Shown: positions 15,943 to 32,345, numbered from the stretch's first letter. The stretch: DNA of 64,000 bases from Macrostomum lignano (GCA_002269645.1 NIVC01000110.1:248001-312000), one strand, 5' to 3'. Made by a program: numbers and translations. The notes: generated by a model not told the origin, from the letters alone.

Positions 15943-16620
15943 TTACTTTGTTGATGTCTCCGCCTGACTTTGACTGCCTGCATCTGCCTCAGTCGACTGA
16001 CCAGAAGCCGGTCCGCCAAGCTCGCTGCACTGCATCTGCTGCTGGAACAAAAACACATTGGCCCGGGCGAACGCCCTGTAAGGGTGGTAGATTAAGCTGT
16101 GCGTCACCAGAGCCCCCAGTCCGGAGAGCTGCGCCAGCAGGACAAACAGAACTAGCAGAGACGCGTTGAGCAGCTGGGTAGACGCGCTGGAGTCGCGCTG
16201 GCTGAAGTACAGGCCCAGCAGGATGCAGCTGACGCACAGGCCGGTGCCAGCAAACGCCATGGCGATGAGGTTGGCCCCGAACGCCAGCAGCAAGCTGATC
16301 CGGCCGCGACCGACCCACAGGTTGGCGAGTCCAGCTGCCAGCATGACGGCGCCAACCCACTCGGCCGAGTGAGCGTCCTGCAGTCCGGCCGACAGCCGGC
16401 CAGCTCGGGTTGCCGAGTTCAGCGGCGCTGGCGGCATGACCGACACGAAGCCGATGGTGGCCAGGGAGAGGGACAGCGCGCCGCAGGCGGCCACGAACTT
16501 TGCTAGGTAGGCGTGAACTCGGAGCTTCCAGCCCAGACGCAGAATGAGCTCGCCAGTGGCCTCAGCCTGGGAAGAAGACGAGGTCAAGGAAGCGGAGACT
16601 TCCTCCTGGGTGAGGGACAT
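15943..16620 (-). CDS. Four-TM protein, CD20/MS4A-like
   Basis: Four hydrophobic helices; WVGAVMLAAGL resembles MS4A TM2. Start codon uncertain (acceptor-like site at 16690). Confidence 0.55.
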   Translation of the reverse strand: MSLTQEEVSASLTSSSSQAEATGELILRLGWKLRVHAYLAKFVAACGALSLSLATIGFVSVMPPAPLNSATRAGRLSAGLQDAHSAEWVGAVMLAAGLANLWVGRGRISLLLAFGANLIAMAFAGTGLCVSCILLGLYFSQRDSSASTQLLNASLLVLFVLLAQLSGLGALVTHSLIYHPYRAFARANVFLFQQQMQCSELGGPASGQSTEADAGSQSQAETSTK

Positions 16621-17984
16621 GCAGGAGGCATTGGACAGCAGGCAGAGCTCCTGCTGCTTGACCAGCGGCACGTTTAACTTGTTTGGCACCTGCAGAGACG
16701 CCGGTGATATTGGGGCATCCGGCATATGATGAAGCTTTAGGATGCTGTTTCGGGGATTGTTGGGTTTCTTTCCGAGCGGGAGAGACTCCTTCGAGTTAAC
16801 CTTGGCTTGCTTTGGCTAACTAAAGTCGCTTTGCCCTTAAATATATTCTTCGCTTCGCAATAAAAGGGCCTGCATGAACGGTCCTCTCTCCGTGTCTCCT
16901 CTGCTTGTGCTATTCGCAAGTCCAGGCCAATGAGAGGCGAGTTGGGCCCAGGTGGGCGGTAGAAGGATAGAAGGTTATGAAATTGTTTCGCTCGAGTACA
17001 TAGGTCCCGTCGAGGGGTCTGGGCGGCCCTATGTGAAGTGGCGTCCCTTATCTTATTCGAGCCCCTTTTTTCTCTTGGCTCGCTTTAGTGGGGGAACTTG
17101 TCCTGTTTTTTGGCTTTTCTCTACGAGAGCTATCTCTCTTTTAAGTGTTTGTTTTTTTAGGCTTGCATGTACTTGCTAAATGCCCAAAATCTGCAGTTTA
17201 GATCTGCCAGCTCCCTGGTCTCTGTACCTGTCACCACCTTAAGACGCATAAGATCGCGCAATTAATTGTCTGTCAGAGCGGTAAAATAAGTAGGCAAAGA
17301 AAAACAACAAAATGTCTTTGCCGTACAATATTTGTTTAGAAGGACTAGGCACCCGTCCCCCCGGCGGAGGAATGCACAAAAAGGCTTGCCTTCTTCATGG
17401 AAGCTTCTTCCATTGTTTTACGATTGCACATTCAATATGGCGTGACATTAGCGAAAAAACTGGTCGTGGCTCGTTCCATTATTTATTTTGTTGCCAGTTA
17501 ATTTCGGAATTTTCCAGATTTTTCAATGCCGTTGTCGGCTTGCCTTTAAAAATATCTTTGTGCTCATTTTTTTCTACTTCAAGGTAGTTTCAATCAATTT
17601 TCCAATGGTCCTAATGTACCTGTTCTCGCAATAAATTCAATCAAGAATAAACACAATTAAATCCGCATCAGTGTCACGTGCGCTTCTGCAATACTTTATA
17701 CGGTACAAAGTTTTAAGAGGAATTCAAACACAGACGCACTGTACTTTGCAAGCGGTTCCTTCAGAAGTGGCTGGATGAATGGATGGATGAACGTCATTGG
17801 ACGGGCAAGACGAGAAAGATCATGCCATGGCATTTTTTTGACTTTGCACTGTTCCGAATCAGATCTTTGGTGCAGCAAAATGGGCGTTAAGTTGGTGGAG
17901 TTTAGGGTTTGTAGGGTTATTGCAGTTGGGCAAAAAATAGACAAGGAGTTGGGCTTACAGTTCACGTATTGGTAGAACTTTGGT

Positions 17985-18602
17985 CAAGGGCGTGGCGTAG
18001 CCACTGGAGGGACAGGGGCACATGACCCCCCCCCCCAGTAAAAGCTATGGGGAGGACATACCGCACCTTGTAACCCGTGTTAGAGATCAATAATTTTACT
18101 TCAGGGCGTCAAAATATAGCGCCTGTGGCGCCTAAATGATTGTCTGTGGTGCCTAAATGTGTGCCTGTGGTGCCAAAATGAGTGCCTAAATAAGTGCCTG
18201 TGGTGCCTAAATGAGTACCTGTGGCGCCAAAATGAGTGCCTGTGGTGCCTAAATGAGTGCCTGTGGTGCCTAAATGAGTGCCTGTGGTGCCAAAATGAAT
18301 GCCTGTGGTGCCTAAATGAGTGCCTGTGGTGCCTAAATGAGTGCCTGTGGTGCCTAAATGAGTGCCTGTGGTGCCTAAATGAGTGCCTGTGGTGCCAAAA
18401 TGAATGCCTGTGGTGCCTAAATGAGTGCCTGTGGTGCCTAAATGAGTGCCTGTGGTGCCTAAATGAGTGCCTGTGGTGCCTAAATGAGTGCCTGTGGTGC
18501 AACACTGATTCTGAAAAAATGTACATGTTTTAATTTAGTCATGTACGTATAAAATTCTTGGCTTTGTCCTCCCCAAGCAAAAAATCCATGGCGACGCCCC
18601 TG
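17985..18602. mobile_element. hAT-like MITE with an internal ~20-bp array (GCCTAAATGAGTGCCTGTGGT)
   Basis: TIRs CAAGGGCGTGGC...GCGACGCCCCTG; 8-bp TSD ACTTTGGT/ACATTGGT (7/8 match). Confidence 0.8.
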
Positions 18603-19458
18603 ACATTGGTCATTGGATTAGATTGCAGAACCCCTCGCCAACCAACCAAAAATACAACATAGAACTTGGATTGGAAACGACCTTCGTCCATTCCCCACGC
18701 CCACACTCGGGGCAGACGCGGCGGAGAAGAAGACTAGCTAAGCAAAGGGCAACAGAGGGGAATGGGGTGCATTTTCCGCGCTGGCGTATAACTTTAAGTG
18801 CAAGAGCAGGGACAGACAATCCATCTGGAGTAATGTAGAATCGTCCATATGCTAAACTATATTTAACATTTCTAAGAAGCAAAGAAGCAAGACAGGGACT
18901 CCTATTGACACTCACCTGGACTAGAAAGACGGTTATGCGTAGAAAACTGCAGGGCTAAATTTAAACTGGTGAACTGCATTTCAACAAGCAAATTGCGCAC
19001 AGAATTCCTTTCAAAACGTTCAAAAAATGAATCCTTTAAAGTTTTGTTGGATTTAATATGAACGTACTTGGAGTCTACAATATTCTACATTTCAAATGAA
19101 ATGATATAGAGTGTTATAAACAATTATTATAGTATAAACTACGTAGTTCAAAATTATTTGACCGGGTCCAAAGCACCATAGTGGCTTAATTGTGAATTTT
19201 TTGCGCAATGCTCACTTATAAATTCGGCTGATAATGACGATAACTCATTCATTATCTAAGTTTCGAAAACTATATTTTACTGCACTGCTGAACACCGGTC
19301 CAGAAAAGTTTTTGCTGTCCATGGCGCTAGCGAACGCAATTGACAGAGGAAGAAAAGTTTGTTGCAGGCACATGACAGGCGCTCGACACCCATCTGTCTA
19401 ACTCGGCGTCTCGTGACATTCCTCTCGTCTCGTGACGGCGTCTCGTTGAATTCCTAAA

Positions 19459-21975
<2,517 letters not shown>

Positions 21976-22265
21976 AATGCATGGACTACTGCGCTACGAA
22001 GCACCCCTAGCTGTGTTAGGAAAATCTGCGTCCATACATATGCATCAGTTTGTCAATTTGTCAATACTGACTATTGTCAGACTGTCTGTGTCCGGTGTTC
22101 GATAGCAGCTTGCTCATGTGTCATCGATGGCAAACACTGGTGCCTCCCCTATTACTCTTTCCGGTCTCAGGTTTCGCAAGCCTGCGTGAAGGTGTAAGGA
22201 ATTATGCGGAATGTGGAATTAGCTCATAATTGGAATCAGCAGAAAGGAACGGTTGCGGGTTGCGG

Positions 22266-23630
22266 CAGAGGCGTCGCCACCGACGGGGGGGGGGACAGGG
22301 GGACATGCCCCCCCCCAGTAAAAGCTATGGGGTGGACATGCCAATGCTTTGTCCCCCCACACCACCTTGTGACCCGTTGTGGAAATCAATCATTTTGTTT
22401 CAGGGCGCTAAAATAGAGCACATTTGGCGCCAAAACTAGTGCCTGCAGCGCCAAAATGAATGCCTGCGGCGCCAAAATGGAGTGCCCACGGCGCCAAAAA
22501 GAGTGCTTGTGGCGCCAAAATGAGTGCTTGTGGCGCCAAAATGAATGCTTGTGGCGCCAAAATGGAGTGCCCACGGCGCCAAAAAGAGTGCTTGTGGCGC
22601 CAAAATGAGTGCTTGTGGCGCCAAAATGAATGCTTGTGGCGCCAATATAGAGTGCCTGCGGCGCCAAAATCAGTGCTTGTGGCGCCAAAACTAGTGCCTG
22701 CAGCGCTAAAATGATTGCCTGCGGCGCCAAAATGGAGTGCCCACGGCGCCAAAATGGAGTGCCCACGGCGCCAAAAAGAGTGCTTGTGGCGCCAAAATGA
22801 GTGCTTGTGGCGCCAAAATAGAGTGCCTGCGGCGCCAAAATCAGTGCTTGTGGCGCCAAAATAAGTGCTTGTGGCGCTAAAATGACTGCCTGCGGCGCCA
22901 AAATAGAGTGCCTGCCGCGCCAAAATGAGTGCCTGCGGCGCCAAAATAAGTGTCTTTTGTGGCAAAATGAGTGCCTGCGGCGCTAAAATGATTGCCTGCG
23001 GCGCCAAAATGGAGTGCTTCTGGCGCCAAAATGAGTGCTTGTGGCGCCAAAATAAATGCTTGTGGCGCCAAAATAGAGTGCCTGCGGCGCCAAAATCAGT
23101 GCTTGTGGCGCCAAAACTAGTGCCTGCAGCGCTAAAATGATTGCCTGCGGCGCCAAAATGGAGTGCTTGTGGCGCCAAAAAGAGTGCTTGTGGCGCCAAA
23201 ATGAGTGCTTGTGGCGCCAAAATCGAGTGCCTGCGGCGCCAAAATCAGTGCTTGTGGCGCCAAAATGAGTGCTTGTGGCGCCAAAATAGAGTGCCTGCCG
23301 CGCCAAAATGAGTGCCTCTGGCGCCAAAATAAGTGTCTTTTGAGGCAAAATGAGTGCCTGCGGCGCCAAAATGAGTGCCTGCGGCGCCAAAATAAGTGTC
23401 TGTGGTGGCAAAATGAGTGCCTGCGGCGCCAAAATGAGTGCCTGCGGCGCCAAAATAAGTATCTGTGGTGGCAAAATGAGTGCCTGCGGCGCCAAAATGA
23501 GTGCCTGCGGCGCCAAAATGAGTGTTGACAACACCAATTCTAAAAATAATGTGAGCACACAATTTAGTCATTAACATGCACATATAGAATTCTTGGCTTT
23601 GTCTCCCCACCAAAAAATCCATGGTGACTG
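22266..23630. mobile_element. MITE of the 17985 family with a greatly expanded 20-21-bp array (GGCGCCAAAATGAGTGCTTGT)
   Basis: Left TIR CAGAGGCGTCGCC; shared subterminal AGTAAAAGCTATGGGG; degenerate right end. Confidence 0.75.
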
Positions 23631-24401
23631 CAAGCACACAAAAGAACAAACTAAAGACGTTAGAACTTCAAAAACGTGTTGACTTCATGTAACTTTGCTG
23701 TCTCAAGCTCTACCACGTTTCAGATGCTTGAGTATGAATTTTCAGTCTCTGTGCTCTTCAAAGTCAACATAGCCAGCTACGAGTATCAAGCAGTACTCAC
23801 TCCCAATGGAATTTTCAAACCGTGACTCTATTGCCATGGTATTACACAGTAGCATTTTTATTAAAAGTTTACGTTCTACTTTCGGAGACAGTTTCAGTAC
23901 ACCCCTCGCAGTAACCTCGTTAAAACTGGTGCGATAATGAAATCGAGCAGTTCACAGAAATGAGAAATCCGCACAGTCTACTCCTCCAATAAAATCCGTG
24001 ACTATTCGAGGTCACCGAGGCCACAGAGTTCAAATTCGCTACTGCCGCTGTATTTCGTGTCCGAGCGAGCTCTTCTTGTCGAAAGCGTTGATTCTTCCAC
24101 TCACTCTCTCTCTCTTCCCCGTCGAAGCTAGCAGGCAGTCCCCGGGCAATATACCTGGCAATTAAGTCAAGAGACGCTGAGGCAGGGATGCGCGAGAGAG
24201 AATTGCGGAGCCTTGCAGTCTGCGCTCACCCGAGGTGAACCCATCGGTGGGGAGTGGTCTAGATGAGGAATCCAATCACGATAGGGAGAGAGATCTCCCC
24301 CCTACAGAAATCCCATAGGGTATAATTTACCTGAGATCTATTCTCTGCAGATCTGCTTTTAGAGGTGTTGGCAAAGAACCCAGAAAACTCTGTCTGTCGC
24401 C

Positions 24402-27400
24402 ATGGCCTCAGTCGAGCAGCACCAGGACGTTGCCAAGCGGATCTACCAAGTCTACCTGACCATCCTGCTGTTCGGCGGCTTGGCTGGCCACTTGGCCTCT
24501 GCCGCGGTGTTTTGGCGATTCCCCAGTCTGGCCAGCGCGAACACTCGCAGGTTTTTTATCTGCCTAGCAGCCGCCGATGCAGCCGTACTGCTCACCGCTG
24601 TGCTCAGGTACTGGCAGATGCTGCTGATAGACTTCGACATTCGAAGCATCGGCTTGGCCGCCTGCAAGATTCACACTTTTGCCGTGTACCTGTTTGGCGA
24701 CCTGGCGCTGTGGCTGCTGGTGGCTCTGTCCGTGGTTCGGCTGCTTTCCATTGTCAGGTGGGAGTCAAATGACCTTAGAATAGACATGACCGAATCGAAA
24801 TCTTAAACCTAAACTATGACCTAAACTATTTATGACCAAATACAAATCACATGACCTTAGCTATCTATGACAGAATCGAAATCGTATGACCTAAACCAGT
24901 TACTCGTATGACCGAATCTAAATCTTATGACCTAAACTATTTATGACCGAATTGAAATCGTATGACCTAGGCCAGTTATGACCGATTTGAAATCGTATGA
25001 CCTAAACTAGTTATGACCGAATTGAAACTGTATGACTTAAACTAGTTATGACCGAAATGAAATCGTATGACCTAAACTAGTTATGACCGAAATGAAATCG
25101 TATGACCTAAACTAGTTATGACCGAATTGAAATCAGATGACCTAAGCTACTCGTAGTTATGACCGAATTAAAGTCGTATGACCTAAATGTAAGCTAGTTA
25201 TGACCAAATCGAAGTCTAAAAATGACTGAGCACATACGCTCGTAACGCACCTTCCTCAAACCGCTCCCCATTGCCCTTATTGCAGACCCACCTGGCGCAA
25301 GCCGCACACCTCTCCCAGCTTCGTGCCGGTCCTCATCGCCCTGCTGACGGCAGCCTCAGTGGCAAGGAACTGGCCGCTGCTGCACTACCTCAGCCTGGAG
25401 TCGCCGTCGCCAGCCTCACCGGCCAATTCCAATTCGGCAAACTCAATCACCAACTCCACCGGTTTGGAGTCCGGACAGTCTCAGAATGAACCGAAGGTGT
25501 GCGACTTCTCCAACCCGTTGGTTAATCGGGCATTCGTGGCCGCTGATTTCGTGATGTACAGCGCCTTGCCCTGCTTCCTGCTGGCCGGCTGCAACATCTG
25601 CCTGGCGGCGCTCATGTACCGGGCGGCAGCGCGGCGCCGGCTACAGTTCGGAGTTGGGGTCTCCGCCGCGGTGAGCATTTGTTCTCCGACTCATGTACAG
25701 ACCCCTCTTTTAGTAACTCACTAACCCACCTTTCAACTTATAAAGTCACTCGTGAACTCTCCAATGACCTCATGGACTCTTCAATGACCTCATGGACTCT
25801 TCAATGACCTCATGGACTCTCCAATGATCTCATGAACTAACTCGTGAACTTTCCAATGACCTCATGGACTCTCCAATGATCTCATGGACTCTCCAATGAT
25901 CTCATGGACTCTCCAATGACCTCATGAACTCTCCAATGACCTCATGAACTAACTCGTGAACTCTCCAATGACCTCATGGACTCTCCAATGACCTCATGAA
26001 CTAACTCGTTAACTCTCCAATGACCTCATGAACTCTCCAATGACCTCATGGACTCTTCAATGACCTCAAAAACTCACTCATAAACTCATGAACTCACTCA
26101 TAAACTCATGAAGTCACACATGAACTCATAAACTTTTGCAATCACTCACATGCCAGAAACTCACATTTTCAACGAAATAAGTTTGCTTGAATGATTCTAT
26201 TTTTAACATCGCGTGCTCCGATGACCCTGTCTAGGAACTAACAGTTAGCTTCAATTAATATAATTAGTTTTGGTAGGCAATTCGTTCTGGTAGTTATGAA
26301 ATTGATCATGCAATATCTAGTTTGATCAAGTTTAATCAAGGTAAAGCCTAAACAGTATGTTCGATTTAGTGGGTTGGGGGCGTAGTCCAGTCATCTGGCG
26401 CGGCCAGCGGCCCAGGCTCGATTCCAAGTGCAGTCACATTAATTTGGTGCTTTTTTGGCGAAATTGGAATCTCGGCTTGGCTCTGATCGTGCAATTACCG
26501 CCATTGAGGGCCAACCCAAGTCGGCGTAATGGGCAGCAATGCCTCTCGCCGGTTGTGCGACAATGTCGCTTAAAGTGCGCCAGGGCGCACGGAGCCACCT
26601 GTCTCTGTGTGAAGTTATGAGCCGAGTTCGCAAACGAGACGAGTATTTGCAAATTGGAAGTAGAAAAACACACGCAAACTCTTATGCGCGGTGCCGCAGC
26701 ATTTATTAAATTGAACTCACTGAGTCAGCATAAATTACTAGATTGAGATTAGGGGTGGGTGTCGCGCTGGCCAACAAGGAGAGAAAAGAAAGTGAAGTAG
26801 ATAACTCCAGCCCCCCGACGCCGGGATGGCAAGGGCGCACTTGAACTAAAACTCAAATAACAAATAATAATAATCTAACTGAGTGAACTATTAAGTGGCC
26901 AATGCCATACGTATAAATAAGCTATCTGACACTCTCAATGCTTTAAAAATGCTTTGAAAGCAGATTCAAGGGCAATTAAGAGTCCATGGCCACCAAGGCT
27001 GGTGCCTCCCGGACCCTAACAAAAATGCACACGCATGCCAAAAGACTGTAGTAAAGTTGGTGGTGCAATTGCACGAGTGCGACTCAGACTTCTGACTCAA
27101 TGATTTCTTGTTTCGTTCGAGTGAGCACCCAGTGTCCTTGATCTCAAATCTAGAATTCTGGTGAGCTTACTTGATAGGAACAGATCATCTCATAATCAAG
27201 AGAATTAATAATTATTAATTGGACAAAATTATGATTTTTAAGTTGTTATAATTGAATTACATAACTCGTTTGTTCAGATATTAAAATTATAGTCTCAAAA
27301 TTATTGATAGTCATAGAGAGAATCTAGAGAATATGAGGGGCGTCGCTACCAGGGGTGAGGCACAAGGGGGTCATGCCCCCCCCCTTAGTAAAAGCTATGG

Positions 27401-30400
27401 GGGATGCAAAGTCTTTGTGCCCAGTTGTGGGAATCAATAATATTCACGTTGCCAAAATGAGTGCTAGAAACACCGATTCTCAGAATGATGCAGGAATTTA
27501 GTCATGTAGGGGGGGTTGTCCCCTTTCCCCCACAATAGAATCTGTGGCGACGCCTCTGCGAGAATACAGAAAAAGACAGTTACGAGGGTATATTCATGAA
27601 TAAAATGTAATGTAAAAGTATACACTGAAAGATGATCAAAAGGAAAATGTCTGCAGTCAGACGGCGCTTTTGTGTTTCAAAAAAAAATTGATCAAAAGAG
27701 TTTGTGAGAGGCACGGGTCCAGCCTCTTTATGCTCAGACTTCCCATCCGGGAAAAATCATGCAAATTGAAATGTCAGTCAGCAGGGATCCAAATCCATGG
27801 AGCAGTCAGCCCTCAGCATCCTCTTGCGACCCGGTCAGTTGCCGCATCTCGCCAGCTTCATCTTCGGATCTCAGCCTCTCAACTGCATCCAGCGCCATGG
27901 GCAGCAGCTCCGTGGTTAGGTTTAGGTCGCAAAAGTACAACAGTGAAATTCACACTTTACTGACAATTGCAAGGATTAACAACTACTGGAACTTTACAAG
28001 GCTAAATTGAATTTGCAAAATAAGTTTGTTAAAATATTATTCAGATTCGAATTGCGTACGAGTTCATGACTTTACGCCAAAAATGCCTGTATGAAGTTGA
28101 AGCTGCCTCATCCTAAGCAGCCAGACTCGCAAGGAGTTTTCTAAAATCTACTGGGAGAATCAGTGACCGGCCAAGTTCAGGTGCAAAACTGTCTCGCAAG
28201 ATAATCGTGAATAATTTCTCTTAGCAGAATCCTGATGGCAGGAATCCAAAATCCAGTTTCTCTTCGAACACAAACTGAAGGACCGTGGCGGAGTCGGTCT
28301 CCTCCAGGTGCCGCCACACGAGCTCCTTCGCCTCGCCCACCGACAGCAGCTCGCTGCCTCCGCCAGGACTCTCCGGACACTCGATGCCGCTGCTCTCCTG
28401 GCCCGTCAGTCCTGCTGCAGCATCGGCCGCATCCAGCGGTGCTCCGACTTTGAGATGCGCCATCAACCTGAGGCTCTCTCTGGCTGATCTGGCGCAGTCT
28501 GGCAGCTCACCGATCAGCTGCAGCAGCTCCGACAGTCTAAGGTGACGTCAATGTCGGAGTTCGGGCTGATCTCCCCGTTCAGAGTCTCCAGGCTGCTGCC
28601 CCACCCGTCTGCGAAGCTACCGAACACAAAGAAGTCGTTGTAATCCATCGGGTGTCTCAGGATGTCCTGCAGCGCCGCTCTGAACTGCCGCGTTGGCCTG
28701 CTTGAACCCGGCGGCTCGCATGGCTTCGGACAGCCGCGAGCTGCTCCTGGCGCTGCTCCTCCGCTGACCGGACGGTCGGCGCTGCAAGCGACGGGGCGGC
28801 TGGGCAGGGCGCTATAGGGGCTGAGAAGAATGCAGAAAAAATATCTTAATCGCATCTGGTGGCGATTCCGCTCCAGCAGCAATTAAAAATTCTCTGACTG
28901 AGTCATTGCCTGGAAGCATCATAGTAAACAACGACAGCGTGAAGACCATCGGTCCTGGCTGATCCCAGCTGACACCAGCATCGATCAGAAGTTGCACCGC
29001 CTCTGTGAACCCAGCTGCTTAGGCAACTATAAACCACTCTAAGCTGTTTTTTCATTGATGTCTGCAGAAGCCTCAATCAGCATCCGAGCCATGGACAGCT
29101 ACCGACGCTCGATTGCCTGCTTGACCAAATCCTCGTTGTTATCGCTGCTCATATCGGCTGAAGCTCCAGCTCGAATCAGCTCTCCGGACGATCTCCGGAG
29201 TTTTTCATATAAACAGCCAATGCCAGGGGAGTTCGGCCATTGCAGTTCAGCAGTTCGACCCTGGCTCCAGCTCTGAGCAGCATGGCAACCAGCTCTGCTC
29301 TTCCTTTACGAACTGCAGTGTGCAGCGGCGATATTCCGCTTCACGTCCTCCTTATAATAAGACCAGACTGCGAAAAAAAAATACTTTAAACGATTATCTA
29401 ACCTTTCTGGAGATTAATCAACATTGGCTCGGGCTTTGGTGAGAACTGCGGCTGCCTCAGTGCTCAAGTTGCTTTCTGCCGCACGGTGAACAGGAGTGAA
29501 GCCTTCTTCATCCGTAATTTCGGTATTCACACCTGCGCTAATCAGCTGGCTCATGACGTCAATGTTCCCAAATTGTGCAGCCTCATGCAGTGGAGTTGAA
29601 CCACGAGGGCGGTTCGAGTTCCGCCTGTCGGGATCTGCAGCGGCACGCAGCAATATTCGAACGATTTCGACATTGCCCGTCAGAACGTCCACAACGCCAG
29701 CCCGGCCGAGCAGGACGCACAGAAACAGCGAAGTCGGCAGCGGGACGGCGGCTCCCGAGACCGGTGGCGGCTCCTGACGGCTGTCGGTGGCAGCGCAGGT
29801 CGGTCCGTCCCCGTCCGGACAGCTGGACTCGCTCCGGCTCGCAGCAGCCAGCAGCCGCGTCAGTCGCTCGCTGCTGCCGAGGACGGCACAGTGCAGCGGC
29901 GTAGAGCCGTCAGCTGCGGCCAGGTTGACGTTTGCAGAGGCCTCCACGAGCAGCCGCGCGGCCTCTGCGTTTCCTAGAAAGCTGGCGACGTGCAGGAAGG
30001 ACCTGCCGAGAAAGTCCTGCCCGCCACTCACTGAGGAGGCCGCAGTCTCCCGACTCGAGCGACTCGAGCACCGACTCGAACTGCGGCGGCTCAGGTGGGC
30101 TGAGAGGTCGCCCTGATGTGACCGGAGGCGGCTGATGGGCCGTCATGGCTGTCTGTGCTGCACTGTGTTCTGTTTCTAAGAAATAAAGTGCAAGTTAAAA
30201 GCTTCACCAGTGGCGAACTTTTGCGAAAGAACAATGATGCAACCGAGTCGGTGCCTCCTCTTTGCTGACTTTCGCAGCTGTCTCTGATTTCTCCTCAATT
30301 GCTACTCTGGGCTCCCACCTGATCGCCATCCTCGATTCATCTCAGACTCACAATCTGCCTTTTGCTTTATTGTGACTTTTTCGTGTTATAAGAAATGCAG

Positions 30401-31272
30401 GAGGCCTGCGGGCACCATGGCGCAACGCATTCTGCCAATTTCCGTGCACAAGCCCCAACTGAATGAGCCGCGCACGAGAGTCAGACGCGTTCTTTTGTTG
30501 TTTTTGTTGTGCTTTTGTTGTCAGAGTTGTTTTTGTTGTGCGTCTTTCTGCCGGTCAGACAGACCTTGCATGCTTTGAAGCCGAATCGCACAAATATGCA
30601 GTGCCATCGCTTGTGCTGCAGGAGTTGCGCCGTGTTAAACACTGTAAACTGAAATTTGGTGACTGCATAGCAACTAATTGCTTGAATTCATTTAAAACAC
30701 ATGAGAACCAAACAAATCTAATTAGACCCAGCGGTTTACCTGGTTTTTAGTGCGCATCATCTGTTAGATTACGTAACTGTTACACAATGAATGGACCTGA
30801 CAAACAGTTAAAACACACAAACACAGATAGCCCATTGGGAACCGTTTACTTATTTAGTAAGACAGTTTTTGAAGTAACAAATTTGTTGTAGAATTTTATC
30901 ATCCTGAATAGAAAATTTCCGGGAAACATGACCAATTAATTATCGCATGTATTTTCCTTACAGGCTTACGAAGAGTCCGAATCCCAAAGCCGCTCAGGCA
31001 GTCAGATGGTGTTAATCCTGTCGGCATTCTACCTGTGCTCGAACCTGCCCAGCATTGGCTTCTCAGCTCTGAGCTCGGTTTTCAACGGTAATCTCGGCCT
31101 GAACCCAGCAGTAGCCAACCTGCTTGCCGACTACCTGGTGATGTTTCACTTCAGCGCCAATGGCACCAGCTTTCTGTTTTATTGTTCGTTCAATGCCAAC
31201 TTTCGCAGATGCTTGAAGAAGCTTTTCTTGTGCAAATCTGGCACAGGATCGGTGCAGCCGTTGGTGGCATGA
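24402..31272 (+). CDS. Divergent rhodopsin-family peptide-receptor-like GPCR; exons 24402-24757, 25286-25670, 30964-31272
   Basis: Seven TMs: TM1 GLAGHLASAAVF, TM2 CLAAADAAVL, CKIHTF at TM3, TM5 YSALPCFLL, TM6 FYLCSNLP, TM7 NGTSFLFY. Phases 2 and 0 are consistent; an extra ICL3 exon cannot be excluded. Confidence 0.8.
24790..25230. repeat. ~32-bp minisatellite (TATGACCTAAACTAGTTATGACCGAATTGAAATCG)
   Basis: Directly visible. Confidence 0.85.
25755..26130. repeat. ~20-bp minisatellite (CATGGACTCTCCAATGACCT)
   Basis: Directly visible. Confidence 0.85.
26376..26640 (+). mobile_element. tRNA-derived SINE-like repeat, copy 3
   Basis: GGGGGCGTAGTCCAG head with A-box-like and B-box-like motifs; body shared with copies 1 and 2, with an internal deletion. 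Confidence 0.65.
27335..27558. mobile_element. Short MITE of the 17985 family with a single array unit
   Basis: GAGGGGCGTCGC...GGCGACGCCTCTG; GAGAATA on both flanks; one GCCAAAATGAGTGC unit. Confidence 0.75.
28177..30146 (-). pseudogene. Ankyrin-repeat + Mab21/cGAS-like nucleotidyltransferase pseudogene, antisense within the GPCR intron
   Basis: Several ankyrin repeats (FLHVAS, TPLHCAV, TPLHEAA, TPVHRAA, TPLALAV), then FVFGSFADGWG...SDIDVT; frameshifts and in-frame stops. Confidence 0.65.
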
Positions 31273-32345
31273 GAAACAAGTGTGTATTGAGCACACCCAG
31301 CTGCACAGCAATAGGGAAAAAAGAAAGCAAGGAAGAAATGAGGATAGGGGGTTAGCGGTCACTATTTGACCAAAATTCGAATCAAAACTCGCACCTCATG
31401 TGAGAACTCAGCAAATTGCGGTCCATTCCATAGCAAAAAATCTTTATTTAGCTGATGCGTAATATGCATGGTGTCGAAGCATGGAAAAACATTTCCTATA
31501 GAGAAATTTAGAAGCGAGAAAGATCTGCGGCCAGAGTAATCAAATTTGATGTAAAATTTAAAATTTTTTTTAGTTTTAAGCTTAAATTTCATCCCTCTTC
31601 TCGAGACTGAACGAATGCCGCTACCATACGCTCGGTATGCTCTTGATGAATAGGTTTTCTCCTCCGGCTTTGTTGTCTATGGTAAAACCCCATTCAGCTC
31701 TCTCGACAAATATCTAATTTCTAAGAAACTCCAGTCTGGCGTCCTTCTACCATGCGTGAAATCCCCGACTAAATGCATTCGCGTGCCGACTAAAAGTCTG
31801 CGTTTTTTGCATGCTGGATCCGCCCTGCATCCTTGATGGGAATTGACAAACAACTGGCAGGGTCTCACGTTTCAAAGGCTTTGATTGCTCGGGGCTGCAC
31901 GCGTGGGAGCGCGCCAGACAAGGTTCAGAATTTTGCAACCACAAGGAAATATGGTTAATTTAATTATTCGGAATTCATTCATTAATGTTAGCCAACTTAC
32001 TGTTTTACGACCAATATTTATCCTCTGATTCAAGCTTTGTTCAACATAGTCTGCACTTTTTGTTGGTTCTGTTTAAACACTTTTTTCTCTGACTCCTTTT
32101 TAGTTATTGTGCGAGTGCGATGTTCTCAGTAATCGGTTATTTTCCTAGCTTCTTAGCTTTACAATATATTGCTTGCCTATCTATCATTTTGGAGTCACTG
32201 CTATCCCGTTTGCGCTCAGTTCGAAGCACTTACCCAGAGCAATTACCCAGAGCAATTACCCAGAGCAATTACCCAGAAAACATCATAAATATACTTTTTT
32301 TTCAATTAAAACAATTCTACGCTTCTAATTAAAATTTAAATGCCT

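Noticed and set aside
18610-18915. 101-aa ORF with CLASLLLR twice
   Set aside because: No recognisable domain or splice support
22430-23530. CRISPR-like repeat/spacer appearance
   Set aside because: Contiguous 20-21-bp monomers with no unique spacers, no cas genes, and a eukaryotic context
27759-28010. Ser-rich ORF as an extra GPCR ICL3 exon
   Set aside because: No phase-0 acceptor in that frame, and the flanking exons already join in phase
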